Shown here: one piece after another, positions 13,290 through 25,267 of the stretch
How positions within the stretch are numbered: position 1 is the first letter of the stretch
Layout: each line of letters starts with the position of its first letter
NCBI GenBank assembly: GCA_051530055.1
Contig: CM121341.1
Location: 17,896,784-17,960,783 of the forward strand
Direction of reading: 5' to 3'
Length of the DNA: 64,000 bases
Source of the DNA: Neoechinorhynchus agilis
Lineage: Eukaryota > Animalia > Acanthocephala
Made by a program: the position numbers and the translations under genes
The notes under the pieces: generated by a model
Seen by the model: the letters and a program-made list of their open reading frames with translations, nothing else
What the model was told of the DNA's origin: nothing
The model's database searches: none

Positions 13290-14330
13290 GTACGGTAAAG
13301 AGTTTGAACAATCCGACGATGACGGGGATTGGAACCTTTGACTCTGAAAAGGGGATTCGGAGTTCAAGTCCACTAGACCACCTCGGAACAACAACGGAAT
13401 GCACCAACTCTGAAGGTTTAATTAATGGCCAATTATTGAATGACCAAGACTTTGTGGTGGCAGTGACAAAATGATACCAGCAGACAGGCGCTAACCATTT
13501 TCCCGTGAATGGCCTCAGACAGTCGATCGGGGACAGACCTCTCGTCGCGCGAGCTCACAGCTCTCTACTTTCAGGTTCTCGCTATGGGGGGTCGTCCGAT
13601 CTAGATTGTTGGCAATTTCGACACGAGAATCGGGGGCGTGGTTAGAGGCTGTTCCTCTGGCATCTGTGGGAACTCTTCTCACTGATGAGGTAACGAGAAT
13701 CGCAGTGTCCTCAAGGCTTGGTCGCCCGATATGCACGCCCCATCGCTGTCGATGTGGGTCTTTGGTTGATGCTTTCGGGCGACACGGTCTCGTTTGCCGA
13801 AAGTCAGAAGGAAGTTTCTCACGCCATTCTGAGATCAATAGCGTAATTTCTCGGGCGTTAAGAATGGCGACCTTCCCCAAAATCTTGGAACCCGCCCATC
13901 TTTGTCGACTATACGGTCCTCGACCTGACGGAATTTCGGTCTTTCCGTTGCGGGAGGGCAAATGCCTTCTCTGGGACGCCACTTGTGTGGACACCCTCGC
14001 AGTAAGCAACATTCCGTACTCTCTCGAAATCCCTAGAGGTACAGCCAGTGCAGCGTAAGGGAGGAAGGTACGAAAATATAGAGAATTAGCAAGGGCCCAC
14101 TATTTTGTCCCCTTCGGAGTAGAGACGTATGAAGCGCTTGGCAGCTCGGCACTCACTCTGCTCCAGGATCTCTCGAAGAAATTGAGAGAAACGACCGGCG
14201 ACGCACGAGCAGGTGTATTCCCGCGATAAAATATCTCGCTCGCAGTACAACGAGGCAATGCTGCTAGCGTGATAGCGACAACCGAGGAAGGAGAGAAGAT
14301 CCAATTTTGCGGATGGTGGTGATTGCACGT
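13290..14330 (+). mobile_element. CRE-type retrotransposon fragment (family A)
   Basis: SGAWLEAVP, CRCG..RHGLVC, RPDG, WDATCVDT; highly similar to 4800-5545, 38600-38880 and 40470-41170. Confidence 0.85.
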
Positions 14331-14789
14331 TTTGTACTTTATTATGTTATGATTAAAAAAATTGTCTAAAAGTAATATTGAATTATTTGTATCTTGCCGC
14401 CCACCAATCTGGGTCAAGGAAACGCGCGAATCATTTAATATCCTGAACCATACGGTTATGAGTTTGTACATCTCTCCGGATCCTCAGATACCTCCAGAAG
14501 CCGGGTCTCATCAGCGAGATTCCTACTCCCTTCAGCGGTATTTCGTTCCCTTTAGTTATTAGTCATAGGTGATCTTGGATTTGAACCTTTTGCAAGGAAT
14601 CGGTTTACTGTATGCCTAAAAACGAAAATAAGCCGAGAAAAAGATGCTCTAAAAACACTGAATCAGTGGAAACGGCTTGCCAGTAAACATTCAAGAATCA
14701 AAATTCTTGCTTTTATAAACTGGATGGGATGAGGAAATCATCGAGCATTATCGTAAGGAGGCTTTACGCGATTTTTGTTAGAAGGAATT

Positions 14790-14930
14790 GGTCCTTGAAT
14801 CAACGCGGCGACTGGAGAGCCAGGATCGACTTCGTTCTTGGCGCAAAAAATAAGCATTGCGGTGCAGCGGGGCAATGCAGCCAGCATTTTAGCCAGCGCC
14901 GATGAATGGGAGCGCTGATCATCTGAATTG
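14790..14930 (+). mobile_element. CRE-type retrotransposon 3' stub (a further family)
   Basis: Encodes ATGEPGSTSFLAQKISIAVQRGNAASIL. Confidence 0.7.
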
Positions 14931-15471
14931 GGAGTATAAAAGTTCATGAGTCATTTAAAAAAAGTTCAGCAAACACTAAAAGGATATTTTTGTTTTTCGA
15001 ATACGATGCGTGTTTCGTCGCGAACAAACGTTTTTCTTCAAAAGTTTTTAGAAGAGCGATTTTCAAAAGAAACTCACAAGATCCGCGCTTGTTTATCTTC
15101 TGCTTATTTTCTGGAACTAATCTTGCATTAGGATATAATTTTCGATATGATACGAGTTTAAATAAGCAAGCAAAAGTTATACGTAATGATTTTAAAAGGA
15201 GTCAGCAAGGACGATGTAATAAAAAAATTTCTTATAATAAGTCGTTTTATACTGTGCAACACTCTATCCAGAATATCTTATCAATTTTGTACTTAACTAC
15301 AATAATTTTAATCTTTACTTCTTAATATGTTAAAAGTCGTGTTTATAAAATTATTTTACGTTAGGACCCAAAAATAGGAGGACACAAAGATACAAGAGTC
15401 CTTTTCTTTTTTGACTAACAAATAAATGTGTTATTATAGCTATATTTAAATTCATTTTTGTGATTTAGCAG

Positions 15472-15544
15472 GCCCTCGTAGCTCAGTGGTTAGAGCACTG
15501 CTCTAGTAAAGCAGGGGTCGTGAGTTCAATTCTCTCCGAGGGCA
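15472..15544 (+). tRNA. tRNA-Thr(AGT)
   Basis: Acceptor stem gccctcg/cgagggc; anticodon arm ctgct-ctAGTaa-agcag; D-loop and GTTCAA T-loop present. Confidence 0.95.
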
Positions 15545-16543
15545 TCAGGTCCATTCCTCCCGCGCGCAGCTTGGGCTTCGCTCCTGCCCCTTTTTCCGCA
15601 GGTCGATCAGTGGACCCATTGGCGAATTACTAGTCTTTTCCTCAACAAAAATCGAGGAAATCTACCGTCAATCGCAGTCTTTCGGGCGACCTAATTTAGC
15701 TCGCGATTCCTCGTGGCATTTCGATATTTACTACATCAAAACGCCTCTCAAACCTACCACAACCATTTTTACCACGCGTCGTCCCTTCTCACGTGATCGC
15801 AACACTCGTAATCCCAATTACCTCGCACCTCCCTCTACCGCTGCCCAATCGTCTCGGATATCAATACCCGAAACGAACCTTAGGAAATACTCAACCTCAC
15901 AAGCTCATTCCCACCCGATCGAACCCGTAATCCACTTCAAAATCAACAACCGCATTCAATGAACAAATCCAAATTCAAGTGTTTATGGGGACCAACAAAT
16001 AAACTTGTTATTATCACGATTTCCGTCTTTGCTTAAAAGTCTTTGGTTTTACATGCCTATTTTCAAAATTGTCTTCGATTTCACTCGCTTCAAACAACTT
16101 TTTTTAAAATCTACCATAGTGGCAATTTGTTCGAAATCTTTAGTTGAACACGCTTTCATAATTAATCCCCATTATTCCGTTTTTATATCCTCTTCTCACA
16201 ACCTTCCTCACCTCGTCCCTTTCTCAGCAGTCTCAAATGCTCTTTCTGACATATCATTTCTCGTTATCAGTTGTATCAACGACCGCTTATCCTCCGCTCA
16301 TTTTCACCATTTTACCACAAATAACTCATTGCTCACACCTTTTCCAAATTTTTTATTTCCTAATGATAAATAATTAACACTTTGTTTTCCCTTCTGCTCA
16401 CACTCGACTAAACCCTAACTCGCTTTCCATTCTCTCTTCTACTTCGCCACCATGCAACCACTAATCACTTTAACCCCTTCGCACCCTCACTTTGTTCCTT
16501 TAAGATTATTAAACAATATACATGTACACTTTTCATTTAATTC

Positions 16544-18137
16544 CTAATCATTTAAAAGCATTACCAACCGTTGAATAGCAAATCCTATAACAAGTCCAAG
16601 CACCTGCACCGCAATTATCTTCGCAATAGTCTTTCTAATAACACCGCAGTCAGCTCCATGTGTTTCAACTCGTCGAATGAGATGATTTTCAATATCCCGC
16701 ATTTCAACCAGCATCACTCCGAGTGAAATATACAGAAACATTCCACCGGCAATGCAATAGATCCACGAATGCACCCTTTGTTCGAATCCGCTTATTAGTA
16801 TTCCTACTATTAGACCAATGTAGTTTGTCGACGCGGAAACGACATTGAACAGAATTGCTGTTCGAAGTGATAATCCGGATTTTATGAACACAGCGAAGTC
16901 ACCGAGTTCACACGGAAGCTCTTCGCAGAATATTCCCAGAAAGATACTTAGGCCCGTTTGTGATGAATCTTTGAACGCGGTACCGATTGTGACTCCATCT
17001 ACGAAGTTGTGAAGTGCATCGCCCACAAATACCATCCAAACGATGGTTGGAATCTTGGCAAGAAATTCGTTGACACCATGTTTTATTTCACAAATGTCCA
17101 ACCATCCAAGTATTGAGCAGCTTCGGTAGATTCCGTCAGGTCGGTCATCGGAATCGGATGCGCATTGGTTAGTTGGTCCTGATTGTACCATCTAAACGTA
17201 CGAGAATATACCTTAACTTAATTTCTACACTACCGAGAGGAGCGATTACTTTGGCCCTTTCTATGTAAGGGTTATTAGCATCATCGAATTCGATGTTCGA
17301 GTTAAAAATTGTACTAGGTTACAAAAGATTTCGTTTTATGATTTCTTATATATATGTCAATACTTAAGAAAAGATACTTACTTCGTTTTCAGTTGGTTGT
17401 CTTCTTTTGCTATATTGCATTACGGCCAAGAATCGATCAACAAGATAAAAGAAGAAAATCGCTGACAATATAACAACGACTTTATTTTTCCCAGTTTTAT
17501 CTAGACGTACTTCTAAGGACTAAAAATTAAAAGCTGGTTATTGTTTTCAAAAAGGACAGAGCAACCTCAGGGATCAGTTGAATTACACTAACACTGCACA
17601 TTGAGCCTACGCCAACGCCGATCATCCACATCAATATCCACATAAACACTTTTTGATTCATAATAGGTTTAAAGAACACGCCGGTCATTGACACAAGATT
17701 GATTGCGGTGGCCGATAAAAGGCTGTAGATCCAAGCTATAAGGTTATCATTTACGATTATGTACTAAAATGTGAATTCGAGTTGTGGTGATCATAATCCC
17801 CCGATAAAACGTATTTTATTGGATTGAAATATATCTTATTCGGGGAGTTACGACGACCACCACAACTCCAACTTTTTCTCTTGATAATTAAAGAGTGAAT
17901 ATTACCATTCCGAGTATTTGGAGACACCTTCAATGGGGATTTTTTTCGATCGACACAATTCTTAATTGAAATCGGGATATTGGATCGTTCGCATCTATCG
18001 GTAGTCATGTGGCACATGTGATCACTATCACCAATAAATATATCAGTGCTATTGACTATTACATCATTGTCTAATGGCCGTGAAGCTACAATCGAACATA
18101 GTAAAAGCAATCCGGACGTGCTTATCATTTTAAACAA
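16544..18137 (-). CDS. LIV-1 subfamily ZIP metal transporter (ZIP8/ZIP14-like), multi-exon
   Basis: Signal-like N-terminus, QLIPE, GDALHNFVDG, CEELPCELGDF, GGMFLYISL. GT-AG introns join ORF 17757-18137, two middle exons and ORF 16544-17191. Confidence 0.85.
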
Positions 18138-21100
18138 TAATACGGTAAATATCTAAAAGAAATTGAATTCGTGAAATTTAACTCCAAGGTAAATTCGCTT
18201 GTGCGATGCGAGCCATAAGACTACGAAGTGGACTTGGTTTCAGGGTTCAAAATCCTAGAAGAATTGAAGCTCTCGCAAGAGACATTAGGGCGATTTTTAG
18301 ATAAGGATTCATCGCTAAACAATTTTGATGATCGGTATCGTTTAATTTAACTTTCTATAAAAGAAAAAGCTCCCTTCCTTATTTATAAGCCGAACAAGCG
18401 TATAAATAAAAAAAATTGAATCGATCAGCAAATCAATTGTTGACTGAAATGATAAACCAATATATTTACATCAACGTCGAAACTTGACCTTGGAAAGCAA
18501 TTCTGCTGTTCCAAAACCTTTTAACCGGTGAAAATTGTTTCTGGCTGAATCTCTCCATTAGTCAGCTATCAAAATATCAAACTAGACGCTCATTGAAATG
18601 CTTGGCAGCAGAAACAATTTTTGGATAGAAGAAAACTTTTGTTAAAAACTCTTTGTGACGGAATCTACGTCGGTAGAAATATTTTAAGAAACCCATAAAT
18701 ACTATTTAAAAATAATAGTTCGAATTTCGCAAAATCAAAAATTATAAGGCGGTTTATTAACCGTCAACTATTTGGGTCCCAAAATAAGACTAATTTTTGC
18801 TTAAAGTTGTGTGATTTTCAACCATCCAAAAGATTTGTAGGAGATTTATGCATCTTCAAGCTATACACTTTCGTATACACTTGTATTTTAAAGACAAACA
18901 ACAAACATACAGGACCGTTCCTTTATTTGTTTTGCATTACCTTTTCGAAAATTGTTATAATATCTAACACCTTGCCAATAAATAGTTCTGCTCGATTTCA
19001 TCAAAATATATCAAACAAAAATCGATAAAAATCCAATGGCGATCGATTGAAAACCCGAGAATGTGAACTTGCGTGGTTTCTTTTTAAAGTCGGCTAATCT
19101 ACGTGAACTGTCGCACTGAGCTAGGTGATGGTTCTTCTTTTACTTGCGTGTTTATTCATCTGACAGGAAAATTTTTTGTTTTCTATCAATATTTGAGAAG
19201 GCCAAATAATATTACCGAGTCATTTAGTAATATTTTCAGCTACAAGAAAAGACGAAATGTGACGTAAACTAAAGTCTGAACTTAATATGATCATAGTTGG
19301 GCAGATTACAGTTTTTCGAATAAAAAGGAAATTTCGTCGAAGTCGACTAATAAAAGTAGGCAGTTATTTAGAAGACTGCGCCTTTTTAGATCTGTGTAAA
19401 GTCAAGTAATTTTAAATTGAAATTTATTGACATTTATCGACAGGTTAGAGAACAAGGTTAACACATGAACAGGGTATGCGAAGGTTACATGGCTCAAAAA
19501 CAAAAAAGCATTCCAAGAGATCAGTCAGCAAAAAAGGGGCCAAAATTGCAGTAGAAATGCGGTAATCGCTACCCTTTTCAGATCATACATTAACTTCTAA
19601 AATATTGTCTTTTGAATTACCAAAATCACCGAATTTTGAAAAAAATACTATAACTTAATTTTGCGATAACGTCACTTCATGTATTTCTTTAAATTTAATT
19701 GTAAAAGATACAAATAGTAAAGCAGTAAAACACAATGAAGAAAATACAGAGTTTCTTTATAGTGTTGTATAGTAGCTTTCGATGAATCATATTACGTTCA
19801 ACGACATTTACTCCTAAAAATCCCATCTTAAAGATTACTGCACTGACCGCGGTCTAAATAGTTTATATAAGTTTCATAAAAAATGCTTCAGATCAGATTC
19901 AAAGTTCTCGTAATGAAATAGAATTTATCGGAACGGATTAATGTTTTCTAATACAATTCAAGGGAAATTCAGAATCCGGTTTCTTGGGTTCGTAGTCATT
20001 AGGCTTAGAGTTTTAGGCGTTAAGAATTTTCGCTAATTCGGTGAGGAGGTTGAAAGTGAATTAGTTTTGGAATTTCAACTCAAAATATGCATTGGAAAAA
20101 TCTACTTACTGGCAAATATTCACCGTATATAATGATCGTTCAATGGGTTTGTTCTGCATAAAAGTGCTGCTTGGTTGAAAATAAAACCTTTATCTACATG
20201 CTGAAGCAGTCATTATATAATCTTAAGCTATCTAAATGGCTTGGATAGGGACTTTCGATTTTCTCACTTACTCTTAGGACGATTTTATATTCAAAATATT
20301 AAAGAAAGTGCATTTATGTACTTGTAAAACACTGCAAATGTTATTTCTGACTTATCGAGTAAAAATATATACGAATAATGGACAATTTGGTCGTAAGCAA
20401 TATAGATACAAAAATTCTAAGTGGTACAACTATCTCGTGCTAGATGAAGCGTATGAAAAACTAAGGTTAAAGCTACACTTTTTGTAACTAACCGGTAACT
20501 TTTATTCAGTATCTATCTATGTGTGGACCTTTTTCACGGCTGATAATTTTTCGTTTGGCACACAGCCAACCGATCTTGTTCAGGGAAGCGCATAAAATCA
20601 CTTAATGCTTCCCTGAACAATACGGTTATGAGTTTGTACATCCCTCCGAAATGCTTTATGCTATAATGCAATCATCGAAAATTATACGCTCCAAACAAGT
20701 CGATGTTGTTATGAGGCTCTTTAATTTAGTCTCTTCTAACCAGTTTCACTAAACAACAAATTCTGTTAAAGAGAGAGAATTTTTGTTCAATGTAATTTTA
20801 AGATATTCACGCCAAAAGTACGGTCTGGTTAAAGAGCATCCTTTTAGCGATAGCATAGGAAAAGGCGAACAATCTTGTACGAAACACTAAGCGATATCTA
20901 CTATCGATGCTCTTAGATGTTATCTCACGAATCTTAAGACTATAAAGTTTTCTGTTGTTGTGTTTACTTTTTTATTCTGAACTGAAGTCGTAGTTTAGTG
21001 AACGAAAGGATAATATGCACACTTCGATCTTTTACGATAATTTTAGCCCTTAAAAGGAATAAAATTACCCAGTATCTATACCCACAAAGACTTAAAGCAT

Positions 21101-21142
21101 TCATATTTTAGTCAATAAGCATTTGTCAAAGTCAGAATTAGA

Positions 21143-21863
21143 TCAACTAGCATACGCAGCCTTTATATTTTGCAAAAATTGCTTCGTTAGCTCTTCTATT
21201 TTCGATCTGAACTGCGTTGCCATTGAATAAGCCAAATAATGAGTTTTGCAACTTTGTTTATCTTCTCCTTTGTTCAAATCCCTTTCCTGTTCATAAAGCT
21301 GGCCAATTTTTTCTTCGTATTCACTTTGAATTTTCTCAAATGCAATAAACAGCTTCTTTGTTCTATATGCAGATTCAGCGAGTCTTTTCCGTTCAGTCTT
21401 GGCCATTGACATATACATTTCACATCCTGGGGCAGTTTGGTCATATTTGAAATCGTTTTGGTTGTAGAGATTTACCATTTCGTTGTAGAACGAATCCAAC
21501 GCAGTGTTCAGCATCTTATGCATGCGTTCTTCGAGGCGCCTGAGCAATTTAAACCGGTTGCATTGCGGTTTAGTTAGGTTTGTAGCATTGGCAAGCAAGA
21601 CATTTTCGTTGTATTCAGCATCATACGCGTCTTGGTAAATCTTATTTACTGTCTTTGCGAACACCTCCGTCAATGATTCGATAGCCACTCGTAGCTTAAG
21701 CTCCTTTAAAAACTTATTCTTGTCTTTGTCGCATTCTGTGTCGCCTATGCATTGAATTTTGGAAATCTAAAACGAAAAATGAAATCTCATGTCATGAATC
21801 GAACCCGTAAATACTCACTAGGAGGAAAGATGAAATTAACGCAATGTGTACGTATATTTGCAT
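21143..21863 (-). CDS. Hypothetical secreted alpha-helical protein
   Basis: Exon 1 MQIYVHIALISSFLL (signal-peptide-like), intron gtgagt...ttttag, then an exon open to the stop at 21143. Confidence 0.7.
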
Positions 21864-22139
21864 TATAAAACTTTGCACGCTTCTCGGCTATAAAGTACGT
21901 TTAAGAGAGTTGATGTTGCCATGGTAATCAATATACTTGTTGTTATATCCATGGAAACCAATGCGATTTTTTACCATTTACTATTTTTTTCCAAAAATAC
22001 TGAGGTTAATGCAAACTTTTCTTTTGAACATGTTTTTGCTGTATTTACACAACCTCAGCTTTTAAGGCATTCACGCCACCGCTCCGGGTGATGGGTGCGT
22101 AAAGGTTTGATTCGCACTTGTGGAAGCTGACGACATTTT

Positions 22140-22212
22140 TGCCGAGACCGTGGATCGAACACGGGACCTTTAGATCTTCAGTCTAACGCTCTCCCAACTG
22201 AGCTATCTCGGC
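22140..22212 (-). tRNA. tRNA-Phe(GAA)
   Basis: Reverse complement gccgagatagctcagttgggagagcgttagactGAAgatctaaaggtcccgtgttcgatccacggtctcggca folds as a standard cloverleaf. Confidence 0.96.
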
Positions 22213-22589
22213 TTGAAGTCGAGCAATTATGAAGTAATTAATTAGTTTGATTTGATCCATCGATCGAATATTTCCCTACCTATCTCATTAAATTTAACTC
22301 CTAATTTCTGAAACGACTATTGCGAGCAGATTTCAACGCTCACTTAAGTTGCAACAATGAGTTTTATCCATCGATGGAATGTTTCATTACCTATCTCGTT
22401 ATATTTAACTTTTGATTTCTGAAGCGTGGATTGTGGAAACTAAATATACTAATCGATTCTGCAATACCATTTTAAATAATTATAAACTCAGAATGTGATT
22501 TATGTTTAATGGTGCCTGTAACTACCCTTAAGAAATCAAATAACAATCAATTTTAAAAGGGCTTAGTTGCTATTAGATTTATTGTATTT

Positions 22590-22720
22590 TAATAACCAAC
22601 AAACTGATGATGAACCCGACGAGGTTCGAAACGTCTTTGATAAAAAATTATTTACCGGGTGAAGACCTAAACAATAATTCCAATCACATTCCCCGGTACC
22701 TGCTCACATATCCACATCTT
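22590..22720 (+). ncRNA. Type I hammerhead ribozyme within a dispersed repeat of about 130 bp
   Basis: caaa-CTGATGA-t-GAACC-cgacga-GGTTC-GAAA-cg-TC-tttg at 22600-22639; GUC cleavage triplet; palindromic ACGT mini stem III. Confidence 0.8.
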
Positions 22721-23019
22721 AGTTATTATTATATAATTTTTTACAACTACAATATATTTTCTACCCTTAATTTCTTTTAATTATAAAATTTGCATTTTTT
22801 ACATTTTGCTCAATTTTCATCTGGTATCTTTATAACGTATACTCTTGAACCTTCGTACTCGAAAATTGGAATTAGAATGCTCATTATTTAACTGAGGTAA
22901 ATTATATATGGCTCACAAACGATTCTTAAGTAAAATTCTAATTGAACACCTTGAATTTTTTAAAGTTGGAAAAGCATTGTTGAATAAAAAAACAAAATTG
23001 CCAGCAAATCCAGTATTAA

Positions 23020-23892
23020 TTATTCTGGATTTAAAATAATAAGGCTGTTTGCAATCCTCGTGAATAAAGGCTTGATCACCTCATCGTATCTTGGTTCCTT
23101 TATCCATTTTGAAGCTAAAAACTTTTCGACTAAAAGCTGCTTTTCAATTTTCGATTTTTAATGCAACTTGCGATGGATGAATGGAAGGTCCAACGTCATT
23201 ATAAAAAGCTTGTTTTCTCGAAGGGGTGTGTATGGATCACAGTATCGATAAAGTAGAAGTGGATCCTTTAAATGATCCAAACCAAGGAGAACAACTACCC
23301 GATTTTTTCTCACTGCATTGTTAACCATTTCGTCAACACTTAATTTTGATGATTTATTAATTAATCGGAGATCGACAAAATTGTCAATATGCGTTGTTTT
23401 TGTTAATTCTTGACTTATTGCTCGAGCCAGTCGATCGTTTGCCGGTGCCTGCACTCCAGCCAGTAAAATAGTCGCAACTTTTTGACCGTCTTTTCGTAAT
23501 AGCCGAACAGTTGATTCGATTGTTTGCCACGTATGGGTACTTTCTTTTGAAAAACTCAATCGTAGGGCATTCACATTAATGTTGCCAAATTGATCAATGG
23601 ATTTTGCTATAAATTTTGATTCGCATTTTGACAAATGAAAAATGATGACGGCAACTATTATTGAAAACAAAATAATTCCGACTATTGTAACCCGTTTGTT
23701 TTGTTTCTCATTTCCGAAATCTGGTCCTTCAACTTCTACAATTAGTGATGATTCTGAAGCGTCGGAGGCACTGTTATCATCAGCTGTCGACTCATTGCGG
23801 TCATCCAGCGCGGGATCATAGCTAGAATCTGAGCTTGAATCTCCACTTAATTCGGAAATACTAATCATGTTGTATCGCTTTAGTCGATGCAT
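23020..23892 (-). CDS. LAP1/LULL1 (TOR1AIP)-like membrane protein with one in-frame TAA at 23158-23160
   Basis: Acidic N-terminus, one TM helix, then a luminal domain with LLYRYCD..., FIMTLDL. The frame continues past the TAA to LFTRIANSLIILNPE*, resembling the WSRISHLV end of LAP1. Confidence 0.6.
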
Positions 23893-24484
23893 AGAATGTA
23901 TCAGGAAATACTAATGGTAGTTGAAACGAGCAATGCACAACCTTTTGCGATTTCACAGAGGGTTTGAAATGTGCAAACAAGTATTTTCCGTGAAACACTA
24001 TCGATAAACATCTTTCTAAATGATATATGTAGTAATTTTTCCTTGAAAATTAATTAGATCTCTGATTTTCCATACGAAAACAAATAACTTTTTTCCAGAC
24101 TTGTTCGCATAAATTAATTTCCGATTATTTTTATTCCATCTTAGGCACAAAAATTTTCAATTGCAGCATTTAAGTAGGTCTATAGTGTTAGCCATCACTT
24201 ATTTTAAACTTTTTAAATAGTTCATACGTTACGGCTGCTTTGAACCTTCGAAATTCAAATGTATTTACGCGCAAACTCAATATTAAAAGAGCCGACGTAC
24301 AATAAAGTTCAAAAGTTTCAATAGGTGTCATGCGAAACATTCAGCAAGAATAATTAAGCGTGCAATAATTTGAACCTAAATTATTTATCATTAAAGAACA
24401 AAGGAAATCCGCCTACGTTCAGTGCTTTAAAAAACGAATTGAAATTTTACAGATTTTATTCTTTTAATTTTTAGAGACAATAAT

Positions 24485-25267
24485 TTACAAGCCATGGGTT
24501 TCCTTGTTGAATCTTGTTCGTCTATTTTGAAAAAAGAATTTTACTGAACTGAATTTTAATCCGAGCGCGAAAGCCATATCGCTCATTTCTCGATCAGTAG
24601 GCCGCTGTTTTGCATGAAATGCAGCCTCCAACGCCGCTTTTTCACTTTTAGAGAAATTATGGCGTTGCCATTTTCTTGCACGTCCTCTTCGTCCCGTTGT
24701 TGGAGCAGCAGGCTCTTCCGCAGTTGATTGCATATTATTTAATGTTCTTTGCTGATAGTTGTTATTTACATTTAAATTTCTAACTTGATTGTAAGTTCTT
24801 TTTTGAACATTTACGCTGTCATCATTCATTTGTTGAGCGTAATATAAGTTCGATTGCCAGTATTGAGGAGCGTATTGATAATGAGTAACTTGAGTAGGTT
24901 GTTGAGACTGGTTATGAAGATTCATCGCATATTGTACTGTATGACCATAAGGAACATTAATTGATTGGCCAGTGTGACCATATCCATTGGCGGAATATTG
25001 GCCATTTGGATTACAATGTTGCTGTAAAACAGCTTCGTTTTTTACTTGGTACATAGCATTTTGCCCGTAAAGGAATTGATTAGGTTGTTGATAATATTGA
25101 TTTTCAAGTGGATTGGCATGAGCTTGCTGATGTACAATAGGGAAACTATACTTGATATTTGTCTCATATTTGCAAGAGGTGTTTCGATGCAGCCCTGAAT
25201 TCCATTGTTTACTTGATGTATTGTTGTTTGATTGTTGATTGCTGGACGATCCGTTAGTGCTATGCAT
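24485..25267 (-). CDS. Divergent homeodomain protein with Gln/Asn-rich N-terminus
   Basis: RHNFSKSEKAALEAAF...AFALGLKFSSVKFFFQNRRTR; single-exon ORF. Confidence 0.85.
   Translation of the reverse strand: MHSTNGSSSNQQSNNNTSSKQWNSGLHRNTSCKYETNIKYSFPIVHQQAHANPLENQYYQQPNQFLYGQNAMYQVKNEAVLQQHCNPNGQYSANGYGHTGQSINVPYGHTVQYAMNLHNQSQQPTQVTHYQYAPQYWQSNLYYAQQMNDDSVNVQKRTYNQVRNLNVNNNYQQRTLNNMQSTAEEPAAPTTGRRGRARKWQRHNFSKSEKAALEAAFHAKQRPTDREMSDMAFALGLKFSSVKFFFQNRRTRFNKETHGL

Noticed and set aside
23158-23160. Stop-codon reassignment (ciliate-like code) to explain the TAA and the IES-like elements
   Set aside because: TAA, TAG and TGA all terminate well-conserved genes in this window, and the gene set is metazoan.
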